A DNA stretch of 64,000 nucleotides. Source: Dipteris shenzhenensis (lineage: Eukaryota). Numbering within the stretch: the first letter of the stretch is position 1; the number at the start of each line of letters is the position of its first letter. Below are positions 38,623-49,013 of the stretch, in pieces. A program made the translations under genes and the position numbers. The notes below the pieces were generated by a model, which was not told the origin of the DNA, made no database searches, and saw only the letters and a program-made list of their open reading frames with translations. The stretch is taken from NCBI GenBank assembly GCA_047967505.1, contig CM106538.1, one strand, 5' to 3'.

Positions 38623-38944
38623 TGTGAAGAGAGTGGGAGAGAAGGAAGGAGTCTCACTTGTGGCTTTCTCACATACACAATGGGGGAATACAGACAAAGG
38701 TGGAGGCTGAAAACAGTTTTCCTCTTCTTAGTTGTGAAAGCCAAAGGAACTCTCTTAGTACAAAAGAATAGGTGAACCCTATATGTGGGCCTCAAACCAA
38801 ACTTAGCTAACTAAGGTGGCATACTAACCGACCCACTAACTAGAGTACATAAAGATAGCTGTCATCCAGCTATTATTCATGGGCGGTGTACCAACCACAT
38901 CTGCAGCTAACAAGTCAATGACATAAATGCACAACGGTCACCCT
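38623..38944 (-). repeat. Copia copy 2, 5' LTR (about 33 bp missing at the outer end)
   Basis: Homology stops at GGTCACCCT; no terminal CA and no TSD. Confidence 0.9.
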
Positions 38945-39631
38945 AGGTAGCTATTATAGTTTGAAGGCAGAGATGAGCAAGAATGGCGGGCTACCCGCTT
39001 GGCGTAGACCAAAGCTGCTTAATGAAAAGTACCTCCTTGAATATATGCAAGCTCCATCTTCCTTTCGCACGCATCCCACATTTGATGCGGTCCCCCATCG
39101 CTACCGGTGGGATGCCAATCATCATGATCCAGATAATGCAGATGCTCCTCGCAATTGGACGTTAGTCAATAGAAACTCTAAAATCAAATGGACAAGCCCA
39201 AAAACACTCATCAGAGCCTTGGACAGACATGCATCAATTATGCAAAGTAGTTATGACAAAACACTCAAGGAAAGTGCAAGATACAGTGAAGCCTTAGGAG
39301 TCACATCCTGGAGGTGTCCCTCACCATTGACGACCATTTGCTCAACCTTAGCTTCAATCCAAATCAACAAATAGATGCTCAAACAACAAGTCACCTCTTT
39401 TAAAGGGCCATATCTCTTCAAGGGCGTTATGTGTGTTTGTTTGAAGAAATGGTTGACACTAGCTTCTTAAAAACTGAGCAAGCAATCTACGGTGTTTGTG
39501 GATTACAAGGAAAAAATCGACAAGAAGCTCGCTCCATCTATCACTGTCACCATCTTTACCATACTCATTGGGTAAAGAGAACCGCATCACAACATCATTT
39601 GAAGACCCAACCATTACTCGAGGACGGGTAA
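38945..39631 (+). pseudogene. Extra ORF of the Athila-like element, part 2
   Basis: Sense ORFs 38961-39374 and 39431-39631 end at the pre-PPT motif. Confidence 0.5.
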
Positions 39632-39651
39632 TCAAATCGGTCCAGGGGAGT

Positions 39652-40888
39652 TGTTAACCCTGTGCAACAACGGCTAGAAGTGCAGTCTAGGACAACAACT
39701 ATGAGAGCATTGTGTGTGTAGAATAGCAGTGAAGCTCTACTTGAATATCTTGATCCTGAAAGATAGTATGATAAATTTTAAAGGATGAGGATAGCCAAAA
39801 TCCTCTCTAGAAAAGATCCAATCATACTTGCAAAATTAGGATCTAGAGAGAGAAAGACTAAATCTAGAGAGAGAAATACTAAAAGCCTACACTTTCGGAA
39901 GTCCCTCCACTTTGTGTAGAGACCTAAAAGGTCCCCCCACTTTGTGTAGAGACCCAAAAGGTCCCCCCCAAAAGTGGAGAGACCAACATGTATAAATATC
40001 TCTCGAATGGAATGAAGCTCCCACTCTTTGGGATTCAGTGTTCAAGCTCACTATTGTGTTCATGCGATTGATTTCTATTGCATCCATGATCTTTTACACT
40101 ATCGTGTTCTAGCATGCCCTTACCCTTGCACTCTCTACCCTTGAACTATCTTCTCCTCCTCCTTCCTCTCCCTTGAATCTCCTCCATCTCCTCCTCCTCC
40201 CTCCTCCTCCTCCTTCCTCCCTCCCTTGAACTCCCTCCTCCTCCTCTTTCCTCCCTCCCTTGAACTCCCTCCTCCTCCTCCCTCCTCCTCCTCCTTCCTC
40301 CCTCCCTTGAACTCCCTCCTCCTCCTCCTCCCATCTCCTCCTTCCTCCCTCCCTTCAACTCCCTCCTCCTCCTCCTCCTCCTTCCTCCCTCCCTTGAACT
40401 CCCTCCTCCTCCTCCATCTCCTCCTCCTCGTTCCTCCTCCTCCTCCCTTCTCCTCCTCCTCCCTCCTCCTCCTCCTTCCTCCCTCTTCCTTCCTCCCTTC
40501 TCCACAACCCCTACCCCTCAAATCTGCGAAGGAGACTAGCTCTTCACTCCTCAACCTTGGACTCCTCCTAAACCCTGCAACCCCCTCTAAATCCTGGAAC
40601 TCCTAGTTAACTCTCTCAACCCTGTCCCCATTTCTAACCCGGAAATCCCCTTCTAAACCCTTGAACTCCCATGGAGGCGAGAGCCTCCATCAATTGTTAT
40701 AATCTAGCCTCTTTCTCATTCACATACGCATGAGATCTCCTTTCCACACTTCAGCCTATACCTCTCAAACGGAACACGACCCGAGGACCTATGCTACACT
40801 TGTGAACACCTATGATACAATGAGCAACGACACGACTGTAGGTGACCAATACCTATGGAACATGCAAAGGGGGAAAACAGAGACAACA
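39652..40888 (+). repeat. Athila-like 3' LTR (~1237 bp)
   Basis: TG after the PPT, ends ...ACAACA. Contains CCCTTGAACTCCCTCC minisatellite and ~30 bp tandem units. Confidence 0.92.
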
Positions 40889-41970
40889 AAAAGATCTTGA
40901 ACATGTCTTCATTTGCCCTATCAGCCTCACCTTCCCACCACTTCCTTATATCAACCTATTGCTATTGACTTGCCATTAGCTCATCTCCTCCCAATCATTA
41001 AAACTTTTGATTGCTCATGTCCTTGCTCTGAAAATTCTAATGCCAACCCAAGGATATGCTTCTTTGAGGGTTATCTTCTCTTGAGTCTAGCAACAACTCA
41101 TTTCCTAATAAATTTCAAAAAAATATTGGTCCGATCTAGCCCATTTCTCAAATACAGTGGTGGTCCCTCTAGAAGTGTCACTCCAAATCTTGTAAATCTT
41201 GTTTTGGAGATAATGGAGTTGGAAGAAAATGGGCTCTCTTTAAAACAAGACTTTACCTACTTGCATGTCCTCTTTCTAGCCTCATCAATATTGGATTTTG
41301 ATTAGAGAAGGGCAAGGACATCAAAGACTTGCAAATGCAAGAAAGAACTCACCACTCAAAACAATAGACATATAACATTTGTCTATCCTAGCTCTCCTAT
41401 GGTTTCGCCCTATTTGATGGTGGGTACTCCATGGGAAGTATCCTCTGAGATGTCAATAAAATTTGCTGACTCCTTCAATTTCTACCAAGCATACAATTCG
41501 CCACCTCTGATCACACTACTAAGCCCTTGACATCTATTTGTCATGCATTCCACCATGTTGAAATTGCCCATTGTAACTACAAAATATTTGAAAGGGTATG
41601 AATCCCTATTTCTAATAGAGTTTGGATCGCAAATGTAGAAACTTCACAATATATCTTTTCATTAGTAATTATACACCAATATCATTTAAGCCTAAAGCTA
41701 GAATGGCTCTACCAATAATTTTTTCTAGATGACTTGTTCCTCCAAGTGCTGCCCCTTCTCTACCTTCATCATGATCTGTTATAAACCATTTTCTTCTATG
41801 ATCAAAAATCTTTTATAATTGCTATCCAAGATTATATCCCCCTAGTTTTAGATCTTGAACTACTAAACATCTGGTTCGATGTCCATTTTTTAAAACCTTC
41901 TCTTTAAGAGTGTTGGTTTCCTATCATGTTGGTCAATCCCTATATATTTACGCAAAATTCCTAGGATGTG
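40889..41970 (-). mobile_element. L1-type LINE ORF2 AP-endonuclease remnant
   Basis: Degenerate motifs in the correct order on minus: VNI*GL (~41935-41952), MGNFNMVE (~41550-41573), RARIDK (~41378-41395), LPFSNQNP (~41293-41316). Confidence 0.75.
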
Positions 41971-42446
41971 TTTGACATAAGCATACGATATTCATGTTCC
42001 TCTTCTTAAAATGGACTAGGCTCTATGTAGGTGAGATTAGAAATACCCTTAAAAACCTTCTCTTCTTCCTCGTCTCAAGGCTTGTGACCTCTTTATGACC
42101 CCTTTCATTCTGTGTACCTGTAGCTTGCTGGGTGGCATGTTTTTGCTCGATCACCTCTCTTGCTCCTTACCTTGATAAAAGTTTTCTCTTCATTCTACAA
42201 ATTTGCGTTATTAGCTTTCAAGAGTTTTTCTTCACACTATTGGTATTGGGTACTATTTCTTCAACTTCTTTGTCCTTTGAATCGATACTCATTCCATTCT
42301 TTGACAGAGAGCAGATTCACTCTTGTTGAGTCACTTGGCACTTTTGGCATTTCATTCTGCACCACTTCTTCAAGCCTTGTAAAGCCTCTAGCTATCACTT
42401 GCACTTGGTTGCTATTTGTATATAGGTTTTGATTCTTGGTGCACCA

Positions 42447-42906
42447 TGGCGAAATCACATGATGATGTCATATTTCTTAATCAGAGTAGCAAGCTCGATG
42501 ATAACAACTATGGTAATTGGAAGTTCAAAATGCTGAACATTTTTCATATGAGAAACTTGTGGGACATTGTCACAAAAGATGAAAAGAGACCCAAGCCTAC
42601 CTCGACAACTCTTACCGTAGATCAGTACCAGCACTCACAAAGCAACAAAAAGAGTGGGATACCAAGGCTCTTCAACTTGCCTTGAATATCATCAACTTCA
42701 ATGTGAAGGATACGATGATCCCTCTTCTTCATGGGCAGACCTCAGTTGTAATCGCTTGGAAGACTTTGGAAAGAAGGTACAATGCCAACAACATGTCACA
42801 TATTCTTTTGTTGGAGAATCAACTGAACAACAATCCAATGCTTCCAAATGAATCAAGTCTTGACTTCTTACTCAAATTGAAGGATCTTGGCGATCAACTC
42901 ACATGA
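42447..42906 (+). pseudogene. Copia gag fragment
   Basis: KLDDNNYGNWKFKM...LWDIV, then AWKTLERRY...LLENQL...FLLKLKDLGDQL. Confidence 0.85.
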
Positions 42907-45232
42907 CATGGCACGAGGTCAAACAAGAGAGATTAGTTTCCCAAAAGACTTGTTCCTAATAAAGGTTCTAACTTGTTTCCCAAAAGAACAAGCTTCAAAA
43001 ACGTTTTTGAGAAATCTAAGTCTTGTTATTCCAATTGTGATATTCTCATTTTTGAGTTAGGTTAACAAAATTAGACCCAACAATGACTGTTGCATAAAGT
43101 GACCCATTCACACTTCTGGTTTGTGCATAACCCCATATGTTTGGGTGTATCAAGTCAAGAGTAACTAAGTACCTCTCTTGATTTAGTTGTGCTTCTGCCA
43201 ATGTTGGTTCTAGCTTATTTCCAAACCAACATACTTCACAAACCTTTTTGTTCGAGAAACCCAAGTCTCAAAATTCCAATTGCCAATATTCTAATATTTG
43301 AGTTGGATTTAAATTTTGAAGTTTACATGTCCATGCCTTTACCAATCCTTTGTGTTGTGTAAAAGTCTCTATAGGACAATGATGTTTTGATGGATTGGAA
43401 GTGGTGTATTGTCATTTGTATAGATCAGATTCTTGGATACGTCCAATAGTTACATTTCTATAAACCATTCCATATGTTCTCTCATATGAGAAGATGTATC
43501 ACTATCAATATACCATGCGTCTTGAGCAATTTATTGTGCATTATTGACACTGTGAGTGCATTCATCTTTCTTTCTTTTTGAGAAAAAATGATTTATATTA
43601 TAAATAGTTCATAAGATATACATTTATGATATTAAAAAAGACAGTTATATCCACAAGTCTGCACATCTTGAATCCTCCAGATGATGCTTCGCAACTGAAT
43701 CAGAGTCTGAAGTCTGAGTCAATCTCATAATCAATCAACAAAGCGTAGAGTTGGAGGTGTTCCACTGGGAATTTAATACAGGGATCATATCTTCAATAGA
43801 GTCATAAGGTGTAGGAACCGGAAGCAAATGAGGGGAGTGTATCCAGCTAAACTCTAATGCATACCTATGCGTACCTAAGCACTGAGCCCCCCTTCCACTG
43901 TGTGTCGCCTTCCCAAAGAGCTAGTCAATCAGTGACAAACATAGCGTCTTGATTAGTCAGCCTGAATTCTCTTTGAATCTCTAGCAAGGTCTTCATATGA
44001 TATGATCCCTTTGCCACAACTGACCCCAAGATTGGATTCCCTTGTTGAAAAGGAAGCAAGCTCTAATAAATTAGTATTGCTAAGTAAAGCATTTCTGTGA
44101 ATTACTAACACACAAATAGAATCCAGTCTCATAAAAATCCCTGTGGAGAGCACTAGAATCAATCAAAACTCAACAGTGCATTCATCTTTTGATTTTGTAA
44201 TGGGCTACATTTTCACATCCATGATTTCAGTAGTACGTGTGTAGGCTTTTAGGTTCATCATAAGTGTCACTTTGATGACTTGCATAGTGACTATGGATCA
44301 CTCCATGATATTTCCTCTTCTTTGAAAATTGCCTCTATGGGAGCTATATTGACCATTTTGATCAAACTGCTTTCTTCTACAATATCTTTCATAATTCCCA
44401 AATTTGTGATAATAGCTGCATTGAATGCTTGATACATGTCTTGAATAATTTCCTTTGCCTTGCAAATTCCTCTATTTTAACGATTTCCTCTTGGATGAAT
44501 ATATATGTTGCTAATGTTGATGTTGATGTTGATGTTGACGTTGACGTTGATGCTCATGTATACTTCCTCTATGTGTTGATTTTCGTTTTCCTTTACCTCT
44601 ATTAGAGGCTACAAAATCTTGTTCACTTGTTTGTACTTGAATTATGTGTGTCCTTAATTCTTCACTTAATAAAACTGATAGGATTTCTTCCATTTCTTTT
44701 AAATTGGTATGATTTGTACTAACCTATCATATCCTTACCAAAAGTCCATTGAGGATGATTTGCATAATCTCTTCAGATTGTCTTGCGGCAAAAAATTGTG
44801 TATCGATGTCTTTGACTCTTAGTACATAGACATGTCATGATTCATTGCTATGTCGGAAGCTTTGAGTGATTTGATTTTTGAATGTCCTAGAAGTATTCTT
44901 TGATTTAATTTCTCAATGTCAATATCCTAGAAGTATTCTTTGCTTCATACAAAGTCCCATGCCTCTTTTGATGTTTTTACTATATTTAACTATCCACACA
45001 TAACATCTTATACATTTTGCTCTATCAAATGCTATCCATATATATCCTTCTTATACTAGTCAAATTGTGCTTGTGTCAATGGATTATTGGTGGGTCTCTG
45101 TAATGCACCATCAACATATTTCTATCCATCACAAAAAATAATCTTTGGTTCCATTTTGTATTTCTAAGTACCATAATTTGAGTTATCGATCTTTCCTAAA
45201 GTCTCAAGGTTAAGGTTGCTTGTGGTTGACAT
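42907..45232 (-). pseudogene. Copia gag-protease-integrase N-terminal remnant, interrupted by a LINE insertion
   Basis: KIDNSNYGT*KYKM (~45155-45200), LLSEE (ORF 44511-44693), degenerate knuckle (~44380-44425), AWYIDSDTSSHM (~43485-43520), CEVCWFG...LDLIH (43046-43264). Confidence 0.8.
43570..44174 (-). mobile_element. 5'-truncated non-LTR retroposon (LINE 3' end) with a 15-bp TSD
   Basis: AGTGCATTCATCTTT at 43555-43569 and 44175-44189. A-rich tail on minus. Degenerate NKGIQSWGQLW peptide resembles the LINE ORF2 C-terminal region. Confidence 0.8.
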
Positions 45233-46127
45233 GATTTGGGTGTCAAATGACCTAAAAAATTGGTGCTTTTAAATATTGCTATAAAAACAGACACAAATTC
45301 TTAAAATTTGGCTTGAGGATGTTATTTTGACTTACTAAAGCTATTGATGAAGATTAATATTGATCAAGATATGGCCCAAATTGCCAAAAATATATATGTA
45401 AACTAATGTCAAATGCGCCACAATAGTGATGTTCAAAAGTGGAGGAGAGTGTTTATAAATTACGCCACAAGGAGTAATTGGTGTGTGTAACACCCTTGTT
45501 CAAACGGCATCAAAATTAGATAGATATTGACCAAGACATGAGGTACTAAAAGTAGGTCAATTTTCAAGCTCTTGAAAGTAGAACTAACTAAGGCACCTAG
45601 AGTCCCCATAACCAAAGTCACAAAAACTAGGTGTCCCAATCACTCCATGGTCATCTGTGCTAGCCTATACTAGCATCAAATGAATCAAAAAATTGGGTGC
45701 AAAGTGCACATGCTTGAGGCCTAATTTACTAATCTAACATGGTGTTAGAAATAGAGTCCAAGAATAAAAATAGCTCCATAGAAGAGTTAAAGCATCATTG
45801 ATAGATGCAAAAATACCTTCATCTGAGAAGTTATATGCACTATGGCATAAGTCTCTGAAAGTTATTTGGAGGTGGAAAGGCTTAACATTGAGGGCTATTT
45901 GCAAATCAACATGATCACTTATGAGCTCTTTGCCTTGTTCCCTAAGAACATTAGGCTTACCTACAATGATGTGCACTTGCTTTTGCTTTTTCTTTGCCTT
46001 TGAATTGGGATTAGCTTTAGGAAAAAGCCAACCACACCACTTGTAAACTATGGCTATTGTATAAAAGGCACTAGCTTGTGACTTGGACATTGGTCCTGAA
46101 GCATTGCTTCATGGAAGCTCACCTTCT

Positions 46128-46234
46128 ATGTCTAGATTTTTGAAATTGGAGCTACTGTTGTGGGGATTATCCTCAACCTTTGTGTCTAGATTTTTGAAAT
46201 TGGAGCTACCTTTGTGGGGATTATGCTCAACCTT
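46128..46234. repeat. Two tandem copies of a ~54 bp unit
   Basis: TGTCTAGATTTTTGAAATTGGAGCTAC...TGTGGGGATTAT.CTCAACCTTT occurs twice. Confidence 0.85.
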
Positions 46235-48248
46235 TTCATTCGGAGAAAATCTATTTTCAAGGATGAATCGATGCCAATTTGCAATGAAGAAGCTACGTAG
46301 AGCTTACAAATGCAATCACTATGGATCTTATGCATAAAAAATAATCCCAACCTATGTGGATAGAATTTTGCAAGGAAAAGAAGACCCCCTAGAAGAGTCC
46401 AACAAAGAGTTATCTCTATGACAATTGGCGCATTGTAGCTGAAAATGCACCATTAGTGGCCTTGTCTTTGCACACTACTATAGTTGCTAACAAACGCTAT
46501 GTGGTAGAGTATTCCTACTTTCTACTTATTGAGGCACTACATCCTGATCAAGGTATTGTGGCTTGATTACAAGGCACTATGGCGTGCAAACAAGTTGGCA
46601 TTGTGGCCTAAAGTCCACAAAAACACTGTGGCTTAAAACCTAGAATACACAATGGTTTTTTACAAGGCGTGACAACTTATGGTCAGTAGAGCAAAGAGGA
46701 TTAATGACAGTTAAGATGGTGAAATGGACATCCAATAAATATCAAATAAATCTATTTGTATTTCGAGTCGAGGCTCTTGAAGTCCTTGCTATGGATAAAC
46801 TGACAATAGTATATATAATTGGTTCTCTGCTAGGAAGAAGATTATGTAGGATCATCGAGTCTAAGGTGTATGTTGAGAATGGACTTGTAAACTATAAACA
46901 AGGATAGGGAACCGAGAGATCTGGGAATGAAGAAGACCATGGAGGATCAATGAGTCAAACAGAAGTTGGAAACTGAGACTTTGTTAGAATTGTAAACTAT
47001 AAACTAGGATAGTGAATTTAGGAATCCGAGAACGGTCATCTGGAATGAGCTAAAACTACATGATTATTTGCGAAAATATAAAGGTTGTGATGAGCACTAG
47101 AACATGTACTCTCACATTCGAAAACAAAGAAACTTGCCTTTGCAGAGCTAAAAGTTTCATTCCAAATCTATAGTGGAGAGATAAAACATGAACTTGGTTC
47201 CAAGTTGGTGTTGATTGTCTAGGATTGAAATTGTGTCAAAGATCCGAATTGGAGCCTAAAAGGTGAAATGGAACACCCAAGGGCATCTGAAAATTTAAAC
47301 CCATAATGAAAATCTTAGCCAAGATGTGAAAACTTTGCTAGGAGAATGTGAGATTGCTTGTTGCTGCTGATGTTTATTGGGGCCAATCCTTGATGAGTTT
47401 TGTCAGGGATGAAATGATGACATGTACTTGATGATGTATTCTAGGACCACCCTTGATGAAGTGCGGGCCTTTTATGAGCGTTGAGGGCTTGTGGGAGGTC
47501 GATTTTAACCCGTGAGATGCCGACACGTCAGCTTTCCATGCGTCTTGTGCTGGCGTTGATAGTGACTTGAAGGCTGACATTGACATGCAATCTTGCGGAT
47601 GTGCTCTTCTTCGGGAAATGACCGTGGGAGGAGATTCTACCCCCCCAAAAAAAAGGCGAGCGGCAGGAGTCGCAAGCCATTTTTTTGTTGTTGTAAAATC
47701 TGGTCATTTGGACGGCGAGGTCCTTGAGTGGCTGGCACCGATGGAGCCGTGCTACCGATCTTCGGTTGGACACCCCTCAAGATCTTTGAATTTTGGGCCA
47801 TCTTCCAAGTGTGATGGTGGTGACCCCTGTGTCTAGGAAAATCAATTGGACTTCTGGCGCGGGTGGATGGGACTTCAATGATATGGGGTAGGTAGAGGCC
47901 ACTGGGAGGCCTTTCCCTCATATGAGAGAGAGGCCAAACCCATGGCTTCTCCCGGCCGTCGAAGTCATGGGGCAAGGAGTTGACACATCACCAATTAAAA
48001 GGTTGATGTGGGACACTTCAGCATTTAGGAAAGTGCTTTGGTATGATGTGATGTGATGGGTGGGTAGGTGAGCTTTTGACACATCACCCAGCTCATCTTC
48101 CATGATTTAGGGAGACTTGATCCAACAATTGAGATCTCATCCCTAGCCCCCATGACTTTGATGGTCCTTTCCCGAGAGGAACTCAGGAGGATTTCTGACG
48201 ATCAACCAAGAGCCAGAATCTAATCGGATTTTAATTGGGAAAGGGTGG

Positions 48249-48630
48249 CACGTGTCCTTTCCCACCAGCCGTCAAGGGTTGCTGGGAGGCGTGGCAGTCG
48301 TCCGTTTGGTGAATTTTCTGGTTAGGGCGCAACTGAAATTTTAGTTGGATATTTTGAGTTTTAGAGTGTCGTGAATGGATGACTGAGATTAAATCTCAAC
48401 CGACCAACGACCTTGACGGGATAGGGAATTGACGTTGGGAGCCAATTCTCAGGAGGAAACCCGGGAGGAAACTGGTGCCACTTGGCGATCGGCCATAGGT
48501 CGGGAGTCGGTGGCCCGGCTTCCAACCGGATATCGACGATCGAGATGGACACGTGTCAAGGCGCAATTAGTCGGTTTGGTGGTGCGGTACGTGTTGGTTG
48601 TTAGTAGCGGGCGACGACACGTGTCAAGGC
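48249..48630 (+). promoter_or_regulatory. G-box/ABRE-like motifs upstream of the R3H gene
   Basis: CACGTG at 48249-48254. Identical GACACGTGTCAAGGC at 48548-48562 and 48616-48630, about 400 bp upstream of the ATG. Confidence 0.55.
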
Positions 48631-49013
48631 ATGATTCGTGGGTTTGGTGGCAACAGGCGACTGCTGCAGTCTGGGCACTACTGTGCATCACAGGGTAACC
48701 GGCGCGTTAGGCCGCAATCGTCGGGAAAAAACCACATTATGATGATAATGAAGAGGCTGGGAACGGACGGTCAGGATCTCTCCACCACGGAGGTCACAGC
48801 CGGTGACGGAAACAGGAGAGAGCAGGGTGGGCCGGGAAGGTGCGAAATGCGGGAGGTGATGCGGCGGGGAATGAATGGGTAAGTAAGTTAGTAAGTGAGT
48901 GCAGTCACCGATTCCTCAAGGGAAAAGGAGCCAGGGGGTACAGAACGCATTCTCAATTTCAATCGTCCCACTGCTCTGCATTATTCATCATCATCATCCT
49001 CATTATCATCACC

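Larger units (their letters stand above)
33733..38944 (-). mobile_element. Ty1/Copia copy 2 (same family as 8805-14357), with RT core deletion and a truncated 5' LTR
   Basis: LTRs at 33733-34077 and 38623-38944. Met PBS at 38609-38622. PPT at 34078-34086. Collinear with copy 1. Confidence 0.95.
19871..40888 (+). mobile_element. Ty3/Gypsy Athila-like LTR retrotransposon with an extra 3' ORF; hosts Copia copy 2
   Basis: LTRs at 19871-21105 and 39652-40888. PBS TGGTGGCATTGTCGGGGA (21108-21125) resembles the Athila-type TGGCGCCGTTGCCGGGGA. Pre-PPT motif ACTCGAGGACG and PPT AGGGGAG at 39616-39650. Order gag-PR-RT-RH-INT with no chromodomain seen. Confidence 0.92.
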
